From the human T2T-CHM13v2.0 reference genome, Homo sapiens: a stretch of DNA of 64,000 nucleotides. Under the pieces are notes generated by a model that had not been told where the DNA came from, did not search any database, and worked only from the letters and a program-made list of their open reading frames with translations. Below are positions 14,967-29,975 of this stretch, piece after piece. A program made the position numbers and the translations under genes. The stretch lies in assembly GCF_009914755.1 (NCBI RefSeq), contig NC_060926.1. One strand, given 5' to 3'. Positions within the stretch are counted from its first letter, which is position 1; each line of letters begins with the position of its first letter.

Positions 14967-15367
14967 TAACAAAGTGCATTAAGCATGTTGCTGTCACTTC
15001 CTGTGTTGAGACATAGGTAAATGTTCATTAAATATGAAATAATTCCCATAAAATGCTGCTTTTGAACCCAAATTATAATTTGGGCAATGATCCAAACCAT
15101 CTGGAGTCTTTGTCATGGATCTCAGGAGTGTGGGCAAACTAGAGTACATGTGTATGTGTGTGGAAGTGTGGGTTAGGGGGAGTTGTCATTGCTGGGATTG
15201 GAGGCTTGGCATAGATTTAGAGGAGTTTAACATTTGAAAACCCCTCTATTATGGAAAGTTTTCAAATGTACACAAAAGTCAAGAGACTGGTATAACAGAC
15301 TTCCATGTATTCATCACTCTACTTCAAGAATTACAATGATCAACATTTTGCATTTGCATTTTGGTCC

Positions 15368-15670
15368 TTTTTTTTTTTTATTTTTGAGATGGAGTCTCAC
15401 TCTGTCACTCAGGCTGGAGGGCAGTGGCGCGATCCTGGCTCACTGAAAACTCTGCCTCCCAGGATCAAGCAATTCTCCTCCTGCCTCAGTCTCTTGAGTT
15501 GCTGGGATCACAGGTGCGCACCACCACCCTGGGCTAAGTTTTGTGTTTTTAGTAGAGATGGGATTTCACCATGTTGGCCAGGCTGGTCTTGAACTCCTGA
15601 CCTCAAGTGATCCACCTGCCTCGGGCTCCCAAAGTGCTAGGATTGCAGGTGTGAGCCACTGTGCCAGGCC
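15368..15670 (-). mobile_element. AluS SINE
   Basis: Reverse-strand Alu dimer. Confidence 0.9.
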
Positions 15671-16080
15671 TGACATTTTGGTACTTTTGTTTCATGTATT
15701 CCCTCCCTTCCCTAAGTCTGTCACACACACTCTCTCTCTCGCTCGCTCTCTCTCTTCCTCCACTTGCTCTAATATTTTAAATCAATCAAACACTAGATAT
15801 CAGTTTATCTCACTTTTAAATATTTCAGAATGCATATTTAACTAGTAGTGATTTTGTTTTGTTTTAATTTAAAAAATAACTTTTTCATTTTGATGTAATT
15901 TTAAACTTATAGAGAAATTGCAAGAATAGTACAAGAAACTCCTGTAATCCTTTAATTCTTTACTCAGATATCACTAATTGTATACATCTTAATTTTCCTT
16001 TATCACTCTGTTTTTCATATAATTGATATACTTTGTTTTCTGAATCATTTGAAGGTAAGTTGGTGACAATATATATATTC

Positions 16081-16405
16081 TTTTTTTTTTTTTTTTTTGA
16101 GATGGAGTCTCACTCTATCACCCGAGCTGGAGTGCTGTGGTGTGATCTTGGCTCGCTGCAACCTCTGCCTCCCAGGTTCAAGCGATTCTCCTGCCTCAGC
16201 CTCCTAAGTAGCTGGGATTACAGCTGTGTACCAACACGCCCAGCTATTATTTTGTTTTATTTTATTTTATTTTATTTTTGTATTTTTAGTAGAGATGGGG
16301 TTTCACCGTGTTGGCGGGGCTGATCTCGAACTCCTGACCTCGTGATCTGCCCACCTTGGCCTCCCAAAGTGTTGGGATTACAGGCTTGAGCCACCGCACC
16401 TAGCC
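16081..16405 (-). mobile_element. AluS SINE with expanded (TTTTA)n middle linker
   Basis: Reverse-strand Alu dimer; the A-rich linker is expanded at about 16246-16280. Confidence 0.9.
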
Positions 16406-18337
16406 TAACATTATACTCTTTTACTATTAAATCAGTATGTATGTTCTATGAACAAAGAAATGTTGTTATATAACCACAGGATAACTATGAAAATCAGGAA
16501 ACTTAATATCAATACAATACTATTATCTAATCCCCAGCCCATATTTAAATGTTATCAATTGCCACAATAATATCCTTTATATCATTTTTACCCCTAATCC
16601 AGAGTCTACTCCAGGATTGTACATTACTTCTTGTCACGTCTCTTTAGTTTCCTTTAATCTGGAACAAGCTGTTCCTCAGCCTTTTTTGGTTTTTGTTGAC
16701 CTTGACATTTTTGAAGAGTACAGACCAGTTGTTCTGTGGAATGTCCCTTAGTTGGGGTTTGTTTGATATTTCCTTTTGATTGGATTTAGGTTATGCTTTG
16801 TTGGCAGGAGCACTGCAGAAGGGATGTTGTGCCTTCAGTACACAGTATCAGCTGGCACATAATGTCCGTTTGTCTCAGCAATGGTGACATTTACTTTAAT
16901 TATTTTGATCACAAGTTACTGTCTGCCAAATAAGAGTTATTTTGAGATTATTATAGAAATATTCTGTTCTGCATCAAACGTTGGTCCATTAGTGTTAACA
17001 CCCATTGATGATTCTCTAACTCCATTATTTTAATATATTTATCAGTTGGCATTCTATTGTAAGGAAGCATTTTGCCTTTTTCCAACTTTATTTATTCATG
17101 CACTTTTTTTCTATTAAAATGGGCTAATGGATTCTTTTATTTAATGGGTTATGATTTATTACTATATTATTTATTTTTTGATGCTTTTTTTTTCTTTTTA
17201 GATTTGGTCAATGGAAACCACTCCAAGTTACCTCCTGTGTCTTTTCGATGTCCTAAAAGAGGCTTAACTTTGTACCTTCCATGTTGAAATGGAGACTGAG
17301 CTCAGCTCTCCTATTCACATGCTAAGTTTCCAGTTACAATAGACTTTCTATCCAAATCCTTCCTTTTTTTTTTTTTTTTTAAAAGTACATCCTTGGAGTG
17401 AGTCAGTGTGGTTAGTTGAGTAGCAGGAAAAGATTTAACTGTTCTCATGTAGGGGAAAGCCCAGTTGATAGTCTCTTTTGGCCCCTCATGGCCGCTATCA
17501 CGAGAAACGTTCCCCACTAAAAAGTCAAGCAACAGGCTTCCTAATTTCTGGCTTCTGTCTGAAACAGGCTTTTTGAGCCAGTTAATTGAACATAAATTAC
17601 AACTGACCTTGGAGGGATTAACTTGCATTTTGGGGTCATCTCAGCTGCATAGCTATTTGGGTGCTTTCTGACTGCTTGTGCTTTTATATACTTTTCAGCT
17701 AAGTTAGAGATGAAAATGTACCACTCAGTGACATTACAGGAATTGTTGACCTTCTCTGGTCAGTTTGAGGTCAAGGAATTAATGCAGAGAATTACCAGAA
17801 GATCTATAAATACACGTTTCTTACATGAGAGGTATCATTAAAAAATGATGTTCATTTTACTTAACTGTTTCAGATCCATGTGTAGTATGTGAATAGCAGT
17901 CATATAAAGGGAACTCTAGTTTTGGGGAACAATAAAATAAGATTTAAATTAAACGTTTAAAAAACTACACTAGCAGTAGGTTTCCTAAAATTCCCTTGTG
18001 ACTGAGCCATTTTAATGTTAAAAATAGGATGATAAACCCATATTCAAAAGAAGAATTATTGTTCATGTCAAAGGCTAAAAACATTCTTTTGAGGTCAAGT
18101 CAGTCCTGAAAGTAATCAGTGTGGCCCATGTCTTATGTTTTGCTCTGCCTCTTTGGTATATCAAGAGGTTGAATTAGAAATTGGTATGCCAGCTTCTCCT
18201 TGATGAATGAGTGGGAAGAGCATGACCTTCAGAAACACAGACCTGGGACCAAATAACACTACTGACATTGATTAGTTCTCCATCTTTGGCAAGTTCTTTT
18301 ATCATTCTAAGTGTCTGTTTTCTATCTATGAAGAAAA

Positions 18338-19066
18338 TGTCTCAGTCTGTGCCACTATAACAAAAATACCCAAGACTAGGCAATTAATAAGAATAGGAAT
18401 TTATTCCATACCATTCTGGAGGCTGGGAAGTCCAAGATCAAGGCACCAGTAGAGTCTGTGTTTGTGACAACTGCTGTCTGCTTCCAAGACGGTACCTTGT
18501 TGCTGCATCCTCATATGGCAGAAGAGGCAGTCTGTGTGTCCTCACATGGCAGAAAAGCAGAAGGACAAAAAAGGGCCTACCTAGTTCCCCCAGTCCTTCT
18601 AAAAGGTCATTAATTTCATTCATAAGGGCTCTCTTCTCATGACTTAATCACTTCCAACACCTCACATTTTAATGCTGTTGCTTTGGGGGATTAAATTTTA
18701 AGATGAGGCTGGGCGCGGTGGCTCATGCCTGCCTGTAATCCCAGCACTTTGGGAGGCCAAGGCGGGTGGATCGCCTGAGGTCAGGAGTTTGAGACCAGCC
18801 TGGCCAACATGGTGAAACCCTGTCTCTATTAAAAACACAAAAATTAGCCAGATGTGCTGGCAGGTGCCTGTAATCCCAGCTACTCGGGAGGCTGAGGTAG
18901 GAGAATTGCTTGATTCGGGAGGCAGAGGTTGCAGTGAGCCGAGAATGTGCCATTGCACTCCAGCCTGCGTGACAAGAGTGAGACTTCATCTCAAAAAACC
19001 CCAGAAAAACAAAAAAACAAAATTTAAGATGGATTTTAGAGGAGACACAAATGCCAAGCCATAGCA
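18338..19066 (-). mobile_element. MST-type MaLR LTR interrupted by an Alu
   Basis: TGTCTCAGTC...TTCTGGAGGCTGGGAAGTCCAAGATCAAGG...GCCATAGCA termini and body. Confidence 0.8.
18707..19020 (+). mobile_element. AluSq/Sp-like SINE
   Basis: Full dimer; flanking repeat AAATTT(T)AAGATG. Confidence 0.9.
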
Positions 19067-19219
19067 AACTCAACAATGTGCAGGGTTAGTGCAAGGAATG
19101 AAAGCTATATAAAACTTTTATACAAAGTATAATGCCAACACAGAGGCATAGAGGAGGCTCTCCATGATTGTGATTTCTCTTTTTTTCCCACCCTTTCTTC
19201 TAATAGCATAACAATCACC

Positions 19220-19420
19220 ACCATTTATTAATTGCTTAAAACATGCCAGAATCTGATTTGAGTGCTTTACATGCATGATTTGTGAGAGAGGAACTATTAT
19301 CTTCAATTTGCAGATGAGAAAACCAAGATTTAGACATGTTAAGGACCCTTGACCGAATGTTGGTGCTGGGGTTTTACATTTGATGCCAGAGTCCAAGCCC
19401 TTAATCATCATGCTCTCCTG
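19220..19420 (-). mobile_element. MIR SINE
   Basis: MIR core-like text TTGCAGATGAGAAAACCAAGATTTAGA. Confidence 0.7.
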
Positions 19421-19709
19421 CCTCTCATAACTATGTCTCTTTTAAACCATACACTTTCTCTAAATTTGAAGTAGTAACTCACGGGTTTACACAATACTAT
19501 TGAGTGGGTGCAGTTGAGAGTCCTAAGGTGTGGCAAGGGAGACTTAAAAACCTGAACTAGAAGCAGAAATAATTAAGAGTGCAGGAGAAAAGACAGGGAA
19601 AGGTCAGAGATAAACTTATCAGGTAAACAGGGGCTGAATACCACTCTCTGTGTCTCTGGAGCCTTTGATTGCTTACTTGAAGTTAGAGATTAAAAATATA
19701 CATGATTAT

Positions 19710-19795
19710 CCTACATGTTTATCTATGTAACAAACATGCACATCCTGCACATGTATCCCAGAACTAAAAATAAAAATTAAAAGAAAGAAAATGAT
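19710..19795 (+). mobile_element. very short old L1PA/L1PB 3' end
   Basis: TATGTAACAAACATGCACATCCTGCACATGTATCCCAGAACT plus A tail; TSD AAAAATA(T/C)ACATGATTA. Confidence 0.8.
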
Positions 19796-19819
19796 AAAAA
19801 TACACATGATTAGTCCTAA

Positions 19820-19868
19820 TATTAGGTAGGTGCAAAAGTAATTGTGGTTTTTGCCATTAAAAGTAATG
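19820..19868. mobile_element. partial MADE1 (mariner MITE)
   Basis: ATTAGGTAGGTGCAAAAGTAATTGTGGTTTTTGCCATTA matches the MADE1 terminal repeat. Confidence 0.8.
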
Positions 19869-20029
19869 CTACTATTTAGCTACTGTTTCTTGAACATGTA
19901 TACATCAGGCATTATGTGCTTTATGGGATTGTCACTTTAAAGTTACAGGAGCCCTATGAGGCATATTTCCCCCTTGTTCTTAGAGTACGCCTTGAAAAAT
20001 ATTTCACACCCCAGTCATTTAAGCATTTC

Positions 20030-20665
20030 TGTAGCAGAGGCTGCTTGTTGTCTACCCCAACATTGACTTTCCCTTCCTTCTTAAGAAGGGAACCTGAGTT
20101 TTAGTCAGGCCCCTTGCCAGGCAGAATTCGAGATAATTCCCAGCCTCTCTTGCAGCTAAGTGTGGACATGTCTGAACTCTGGCCAAGCAGATAGAAACAG
20201 AAGTGCTCTGTGGGGTTCTGGGAAAGCTGTTTAAAAGGAGTGGACTCTGCTTGGGGGAAACCCCTTTGCTCTTCTTTTTTTGAACTTTTATTTTAGGTTT
20301 GGGGATACATGTGAAGGTTTATTATGCAGTTAAACTCATGTCAGGGGGTTTGCTGTACAGATTATTTCTTCACTTGGGTATTAAGCCCAGTACCCAATAG
20401 TTATATTTTCTCCTCCTCTCCCTCCTCCCAAACTCCATTCTCAAGTAGACCCCAGTGTCTGTTGTTTCTCTTGCCCTTCTTTTTATTTCTACTTGTTAGG
20501 TAGCAATTGGAATGTTACAGCTAAGTTTTAGCAACTATCCTAAACCATCGAGTGGCATTGACGATAGAAACCACCTGGTAAGATGGCAGAGCAGAAAGAG
20601 AGAAGACTAGGTTACTGATGACATCTTAAAGTTGCTTTACCAGTCCTGGGCTGCCTCCCTCTAGT
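20030..20665 (+). mobile_element. old MLT1-type LTR containing a short minus-strand old L1PA 3' end (about 20275-20470)
   Basis: TTCCCAGCCTCTCTTGCAGCTAAGTGTGGACATG (MLT1-like). The insert reads TTTTATTTTAGGTTTGGGGATACATGTGAAGG, flanked by TTGC(T/C)CTTCTTTTT. Confidence 0.65.
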
Positions 20666-20684
20666 TTTACACAAGAAGGAAACT

Positions 20685-20842
20685 TAATTTCTTCTTTCCT
20701 TCTTTCCTACCTCCCTTCGTTCCTCTCTCCTCTCCCTTCCTTCCCTCCATTCCTTCCTTCCTTCCTCTCTTCTTCCTTCCCTTCCACCCTCTCCTTGCTC
20801 TTTTCCTTCCTCTCTCCCCTTCCTTCCTCCCTCTCTCTTTAT
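20685..20842 (+). repeat. polypyrimidine (CT-rich) low-complexity tract
   Basis: About 155 bp almost entirely C/T. Confidence 0.9.
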
Positions 20843-23256
20843 TTCTGTTTGCCACTGTTAGCTTGCTTTTTTCTCTTATATATAACCAAGTAATTCTAAT
20901 TACAGCTTCCAAATATATGCCTAGCTTCCTATGGGCATATCTTGATATATTGGGAAAGCCTGTAAAGCTCTGAGGTTACTGGTTCAAACTTTAGTTGAAT
21001 ACACTTAACTTACAAAATATTAAGCTATCATGGAAATACACACAGTTGAATATTTTGGGCCTTTATGTCCTTTAACATCTTTTTGGGCTACAGCACTTTT
21101 AGCAGTTAGAATATATTGACAGCAAACTCACAGTGTTTCCTCCATTTAATTCAAAGAAAGATGCATTTGGAAGAAAATTAAAGTCTTGCTGCTCTAAACT
21201 ATTCCTATAAAGTCCATCAGAGACTGCACATCGTTCAAGGTCATGCTGCAAACAGATTCGGAATGGGCAAGATGCTTTTGTGATGAAAGTTATTGCATCA
21301 AACAAAACTCAAAATTTATTCCAGGTGGGATCCACCACCCCTCCCCATGCTATCTTAACATCAAACACAAAACTGACACAAAACAATTCTGTCCTCCTGA
21401 TATACTGAACTTTGGGCACAAGTAGAGGGTGCATTACAAAGACATGGTTTCATACTTGAGTACGTGTGTTGGGGAAAAAGTTTTCCACTTAAATGTGATC
21501 CATTTAAGGATAGCTAAATATATGCTCTCCTGCTTATTATATTTACAATCATTTTTATCTCAGCAAAAGATGCTGTTATGGTGAAAATATATTACACATG
21601 TCCTTTGCTGACTGAGAGAGTTAAAATGAATAGAACAATAAAGAAAAAAAGAAGAAGAAAAAAGGAAGAAATCCTAAACTTTATTGCCAAAGCCTTACAA
21701 AGACAAATATGGGCAGAACATATATTTAGAGACCTTGGCAAAAGAAAATGGAAATATGAGCAATTAGCTGAATATATTTAGCCAAAAATGGTTGAGAATA
21801 TTTATTCTCTTTTAAAATCTTAATTGTCCATCCCGTCGTAGGCTAGATTGACTGAATTTTCTGGACAAAGTCATAAAGTTTCCTTAACTTTGTGGGAACA
21901 TGGGTTGTAACTACTCAGTAACCACTACCAGTGACTATTTGTTAAAAATACACCATTTGCAAGACATTGCATTAGCTTTGTGGTCATAAATGTATTGTCC
22001 TATGAGTTAAATGAAGATTGTTAATGGACTCATAGGATCATACAATCTCAGTATTTTCAGGAAATTTAGATATATCTATTTCAATCCTTTAAATCCCTCC
22101 CCCAGCACCATTTTAAAGATGAGGAAACTGAGGCCCTAGAGACTTTTCAAAATCTCACAACTTGTACATAAACTCCACTTGTAAAATAATGGTGTTTTGT
22201 ACTTTTTACTAGTTTTCTAAAGTGGCCCAGTGGAGAAAAGGAAGCTTTTGTTCATTACTTTGAATTTGTTTCTAGTTATGTTTGGTATCATGCTTTTCTT
22301 CTGGAAAGATTTATCAATAAGAAGATTATAAGATCAAAACCTTCCAAGGGTGAGTTACCTTAACCTTGTTGAAAATTATTGATATTAGATATTATTACCT
22401 ATAAGAGACATGGACTATGAGAAAAGACTTCTTTTATTTTCAGTGATAGTACACTAAGCCTTGTAGCAAAACAGAAATAGTAAACTGCATATTGATTCCA
22501 AAGCAAATCAAGTTAAGTATCTTCTATGGACATATAGTCAGATAATAAAACTCAAGAAAATAATGTATGTTCTTCTCTGTTTTCCACTAAACTAGGGAAT
22601 CTCCTTTAAACTTTGTATGCAGTATGGAAATAAGGTTTCTGAAGTAACCATTACAACATGTTTTCATGAGTGTTTATTAAGAAGCCCCAAACATTTTTCA
22701 GTAATAAATCGGCTGACATATCCATAGATTTAAATCTTTTATTGGTTACTGATTAACATAACTGCTCTGCCTGACAAATCTTTATAATAAATAAGCCAAC
22801 CAGTGAGCATTTCACAATGAAACCAACTTTGTTTAAAGGACTATCACTAAAACAGGATTTATGCGCTAATGAATTTTGCAATCAGCATGTGGTGGTGTAC
22901 AAGTTTCAACATGAATCTAAAATGCAGAAATCTGAAGACACTGAAGTTATTAAAAATCACACCACAACACAACTACTTTTAATTAAAAAGAAATATATTA
23001 CATTCATATTTAGCAGCAGCATTATAGCGTATGAAAAGGAGAACTCAGGGTTACTCTTTGAACATATTCTAACAAAATACAGCTGTTGCTGCTATACAGG
23101 TTAATGATTCCTTCTCAAAATAAAATTCCTTGCTATAGTGATTCTGATTTTTAAAAAAATCAAAATAAGGAACAATGTTTTTTGTATACACATAAGCCAA
23201 GTAAATAGACAAGATGATCCATGATGGTGATTCAGTAAAATAAAAGTTGCTGATGG

Positions 23257-23289
<33 letters not shown>

Positions 23290-26200
23290 CTTTCAGTTTG
23301 ATTGAATTCTTCTTGGAAAGCCTATAGAAGTCACTGGACTTCTTGTCTCTGTTTGAATTAATTAAATTGTTGACAGTGAAATTGTCAAAAGTAGCTTTGG
23401 TATAAAAAATGATTCCCAGATCTTTTTCTCTAAAACTTAAAAAAAAATCCTGACAAACTTGAAAAAGTTTTAAACATCTGTCTGGACAGATGTCAAAATG
23501 CTGAGTGTTATACCATTATACTGTGTCAGTATCTGACACTATGTTATTACTCTTCAGTTAAATATTCACAGTGAGATTTTATGATCTTTTTAAAAGAAAA
23601 CTTGCATGAGAGAGTAACTTTATCTTGCACAACACATAAGCACTTTAAACAAATGAATTTCAGAGTAAACAATGAAAAATAACTTTTTGTGCTAGTTTTT
23701 ATACCATATTTTAATCACTTGGGATTTTCACATCAGGATTTTACAAATCATTCAACAGTATGTAATGGATAATGAACCATGTTATTAATTTTGAATATTT
23801 CCCTGGAAAGAGAACTTTAGTGAGAATCATACATAAATAGCATAGAGAATTACATATGGGGAAAAGATGGCATTGCTAAATCCTAATTGTTGTGGAGTAT
23901 ATATTATAGTAAAATAAACAATGTTTTTCAAGAAATGAGAGATGAAAACTGTCACGATATTATAAAATGCAACAGTAATTTAGCAAGGAAGACTTCACTG
24001 AAAGCAATATTTAGATCCAGACACTGGGTTGCTGAGATGTTATTTCATTCTGTGTTCATCTCTACCCCAAATCTTCTAGATTAGATATATTATAGTTAGT
24101 TTATTTGATGAACATTTTCATATTGGGATTATAAGTGCCTGAAAATAGAATTTTTAATGCTTTTAATGTGATTAAGGAAGCAAAACCTCTCTTTTCTCCC
24201 TAGAAATTACTAGCCCCTTTTGCACTAAATACCTACATCAGACAAACCGCCACAATTTCCTTGTATTGCCAGAGAGAATTCTTCAATAAAACACTGCAAT
24301 TCTCTGTCAAAGAGACTAACAATAGCAAGAGCATCTCACTATTTTCTTAATGAGATGTGAATGGAAGTGTGAAGGTGAAAAGACAGATTCTAGGTTGGCA
24401 GATTCTAGGTTGACTGGCAAGGTGAGACCACTTCTTTAGCAAAAGGAACCCCCCTCCTTGAAATGTCATGTTTGATATAAACAGAATCTTCCCTCCCTTC
24501 CTGCCTTCCTTCTTCTCTTCCTTTTCATCCTTTACTTGGGGAGTCCTCCTCATTTGTCTTAAAAATTCTGAGATGAATTCATTTGCCCTCGAAGCCATCA
24601 GATTTGATGTTGATAAATTTAAGTGGTTTAACTTTGGAAAACATCAACTTATGTGTTAATTTCCTTCGTAGCGATAGCCTGGCCTCCAGGTCACACTGCG
24701 TAGCCTACCTGCTATCAATATCATCATTATTGTTTTAATCGTTAAATTAAACTGAATGAAGTTGGTGATGAGCTGTCAAGAAGTCTCAGAGACAAGGGCA
24801 GGCCAGTGCCCCATTTCTTCTTCTAAACACTTTGTACCTATTCATAAAAATTGAATGAGATTGTGTCTGGGAAACTATTGTACACTGCAAAGCACAAACA
24901 TAAGGGCAGATGATGCCAGTGGTGATTATGATGATGCCCAGCAATGTTGTTCATTTTTAGGCTAGAGATCTGGTAGCAGCCTTATGTTTTCTGCTTAGGA
25001 TACAGTCTTGAATAGCATAATTTGTACTGATATAAACTAGATTTAGCCATTCCCTGGGATTCTAAACTATTCTCTTATGATGCCTCTTCCACTATTGTAC
25101 AGAACTATTTAGCTAGGACAAGAAAAATTGATTATTTTTCCCTTCTTAGTTTTCTAAATGACATTGCCCAGATTAATTAGAAAATTGCCCAAATCTCTCT
25201 TTTCTCTACTCTGCTATGTAGCACTTGCAAGAAAAAAAAAAAGCCAATTTCATGCAGAAGTTGCTTAAAATTAGTCAAAAGCAACCCTTGTTCTAGTCCT
25301 GTACACATTAAGTAATTCTCATTGATCAAAATAGGAAGTGAGCCTGAGAACAAGGGAGAAGAGAGGAAGTTTGCAGATGGACTTTCTCCCCCAGTGTCAT
25401 TTTCAACCAGGTAAAATGGAGTTCGAAAGGCCCAAATTCTCAGCAGATTTGCACAGCACAGTAATAGCCTTTATGCTTGGAAATTTATGGGCCATGGACA
25501 GTTTATAAGAAACGATGTAGTTCATCAGAGAGCTAGACTGATGGGGCATATGGGAGCATTCTGCACAGGAAGTTGGGTTTTGGAATAATACTTACTTTGA
25601 TAGAGTTGTTTTGTTAGCTAAGTAAAACAGTAGGGAAGCCAATGGCCACTTAGGCTTCAGACATAAATATATATTTATAAGTCACCCAGCTGCCTAATTG
25701 AGAGCCATAGTGTTTTCACTGAGTATATCTTCACCAGAAAGCAGTAGAAACAACAATATCACCAAGAAAACCCCAGTCTTGGCATAGATTTATTTAATCA
25801 GTCTTTGATACTTTTGAGATAATTGAATGCTCTCTAAATGTCGCTCTTTTAAAGCCAGAGGGTGAGGGGATGGTTAAAAAGAAGTTTTTTTGTTTTTTGT
25901 TTTTTAAAGTTGGGGTTCTTTTGTATTTAAGGTGCAAAGATACGAAGTTAAGGTTTATGTTACACTTGGGGTAGCAGAGGGCTATTACCAGAGATTTGAA
26001 ATTGTGGTTCTATGGACTCCTGATGGGAAGAGTGGGGAAGCTCAGAGGAGCAAGGGTTGGGCGTACAATTGTCTGGTGCTTTCAGGTTTCACAGAAGAAG
26101 GTTAAGCAGGAGGTGGCTTGTTAAATTTGAGCAGAGAACTGGAAAATAAGATTTCACACTCCTGAGACGCGGAAGGCTGGTGAGTTTGGAGTTTGTCTGG

Positions 26201-26764
26201 GAGATTTGAAAAAGGTCGAGTGTGCTATAAAGTTTCTGAAATTCTATTTTAGTGCTTACGAACACGAAAAAAGTAGGTGTTATGAAAAAAAGCAAAGGGC
26301 ATTTTAAAACTCAAATAAGTATTTGGCATGTCGAAATAAAATACACATCCACTTCTGCTTGGCTGGACCTCCTAGAATTCAGGCCTTACTAACGATGTCT
26401 TGTTACTGTGTCCTCCATTCAAGCCCTTTCTTTCTTTTCTTAAGCTTTTTTTTTTTTTTTCCTCTTTATGGCCACTGCTTTAATTATTTCTCTCTTTGCG
26501 TTAAGACCCTGAGCTGAACTTGTGTTGCAAGTGGCAGCATGGGAGTCAGAGATTTGGGTTCTAGTCTGAGGTCTGTTTCTTTGTGTGATCTTAAGGCAGG
26601 ACACCAACTCTCATTTGGCCCTTGCCTTCCAACTTGGAGGAACTGGGGGTCAGGTCCCTGAGGTCTTTCTTAGTTCTGACATTATTTTATCTTAGAGTCA
26701 GTTTTGTTACTTCAATTCTTTCCTCCTCTTCTGGGACAAGCGTGACCCTTTTATTCAATTGCTT

Positions 26765-27249
<485 letters not shown>

Positions 27250-28289
27250 CTCAATTGCTTTTTATAAAAGTATTCATTAATGCTATTTGATCTCTGTTTA
27301 CATTTAATTCTCTTTGTCAATTGTTTTTCTATTTTTTTGCTTCTGATTTTACTTGTATTCTCTTTGCTCCTTGGTTCCCTCTTTTGAGGCTGATTTTATC
27401 TTTAAATTGTTATCTAATGTAGAATATAATATTCCGTCTCTTCAAGCATTTATTTTTTCCTTGTCTTCAATGTTTGATCTTTAAGAGCTAAAGTACAACT
27501 AAACACATTTTAGGCATTTTATAAATATTTCTTGATTGATTGATTGGTTTAATAAGATTCCCCAGGTTTCAGACCGCCCATCTTTTCAATTTGGCTTTGG
27601 ACTCAGGGCTATCTCCTGTGTTTTTGGAATTAGAGTTAAAGCCATCCCTCACCTAGTATAATATGATCACTGGGTCAGGCAACTCACACCTGTGCAATCT
27701 CTAGTCTTAAATCCTCTATTCTTAAGGGGCTGACTTAAAAGATGACTCAGTCTCATTTCTTTTGCTCCCATCCAAAATGAACAGGAAACATAAAAGGCAT
27801 TAAGTACATTGGATAGCAGTCAAATTTCTAATAGTTCAGTTGTGCTAGGAAAATTAAACCTTATAGTGTCAGAAACTCCCAAATGCTTTTTTTTTTTTTT
27901 TTCAACTTGCAGGACTATAAAATAAGAGGTGTCTCTACTAAGAGTTACAAAATGTTCTGAAATAACAACTCACTGGAGAAATACAGATAAGAGTCCTTAA
28001 AAGTATAACCTCGAATTAGATCCACATTTCCCTGTACTATGGAACATTAAAATAATTTAATAGCTTGAAGGAAATGTTACTCGTTGCCCATTGTCTTGCT
28101 ACTAATCTACGTATTTCTATGAAAATGTCATACATTTTGTGCTATATTAAGCACATTTTAGCATACACTTAAATAGATATTATTTATTTTTTAAATCCTG
28201 AATGGCCAATGATTGGTCTTTGTTAATTAACATTTTATTAAATGGAACTCATGATAGAGTAAAATAGAAAAAAACCTGTTTCTCCATAC

Positions 28290-29008
28290 TGCTACAGTAG
28301 GTAGCTAGTCAGGCATGAGCAGGGCAGGAGAGGGCTCCCCAACACCACATCAGGAATGCCAGGTGACCATCAGGTGATGGTCACGTGGTTGTTAACTCTC
28401 GCTGTAAAATAATAATTGGTCACAGCTGGCACCAGGGAACGGCCATCTTCCAATAGGTAGAAACACCTGAAACTGGTGATCAGCAGCTTCCCAGTAAAAT
28501 CTCAGGAGTTGGGAGAGTGGACTCAAGCATGCGCATTAAGAGGCAAAATGGTGGAGTTTAACTGGTATATGACCTTCCTCTAGGAATGTTAGGCTGGTAA
28601 GGGAAAAACGTCTCAAGTGAGCATGTGTACAACTCCAGTAAACACACTGCATGTGCTCCCCTCCCAAGGGCTAGCAGGCCACTGTGCATGTGGACAGCCC
28701 ACCCCAAGGGAAGAATAAGGAGAGAAGTAACACAAGACCTCAGAAGTATGCCAACGTATAAAACTCCAAGTCAAAATGTCAAACCACGCACTTGACTCTC
28801 TCAAGTCGCCTGCTTGGCCCGCTTCCAAGTGTATGTTACTTCTTCGTATTCCTGATTCAAAACTTTTTAGTAAAGGTTCACTCCTGCTCTAAAACTTACC
28901 TCAGTCTCTCCCTCTGCCTTATGCACCTCACTCTAATTCTTTCTTCTGAGGAGGCAAGAATTGAGATTGCTGCAGACCCTTATGGATATGGATTTGCTGC
29001 CGGCAACT
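28290..29008 (+). mobile_element. MER50-like ERV1 solo LTR
   Basis: Starts TGCTACAGTAGGTAGCTAGTCAGGCATGAGCAGGGCAGGAGAGGGC; about 720 bp; TATA-like GTATAAAA and a poly(A)-signal-like AGTAAA. Confidence 0.8.
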
Positions 29009-29630
29009 AGTATTATTTAACTCATTTTGCTAAGATTTTCCAAGAGGTTTCATGTTTTTCGCAGTCCGACTATAATCTGGTTCTCAGTCTTGCCATTTCA
29101 AATTTCCTTTAAGGAGGCATTGGGTTTTGCTTTGAAAGGCCTACAAGTTGGTTGTCACTAGAGGCTAGGGCCAAGCTCTTGCATTAAGAGACATACTAAA
29201 GAGCAATCAGAACTTTTTGATAAAATAGGGGTTTGTAAATTAATTTACTAACGGTTCATTATGGTATTCCCGTAATATATTTTCCTATAACTTTACCGAT
29301 AATTTTTTTTGGCTTGCATAACATTTTAGAATACTTACGCTTGTTGGAAATGCCATGATTATATTAAAAAATTTTTGTTGTTATCTATCCAATACTCATG
29401 ATGCTAGGCTAAATTCTGCTGAAAAGAAATACAAACATATTGCAAAAAGTTACAGACATAGTAAAACCTTGGAAGACAGGGACTGGTTAATGAAATTACT
29501 GAAAAACCCAACTATATAGTATTACTCTTTTACATATATAAAATTAAATAAAAAGAATTGATCAGAATCTTCTTAATTAAAGTTTGCTGGTATATGTCAG
29601 TAGATGTCAATATTATAAAGTGCAAAATAA

Positions 29631-29975
<345 letters not shown>

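Larger units (their letters stand above)
15230..17250 (-). mobile_element. old L1MC-type 3' region interrupted by two Alus
   Basis: L1MC-like phrases (TTTTAAACTTATAGAGAAATTGCAAGAATAGTACA; GACCTTGACATTTTTGAAGAGTACAG); boundaries approximate. Confidence 0.6.

Noticed and set aside
27885-27995. Poly(T) tract plus TTGCAG acceptor as an internal lncRNA exon
   Set aside because: The acceptor looks good but I found no convincing matching donor; unsupported without transcript data.
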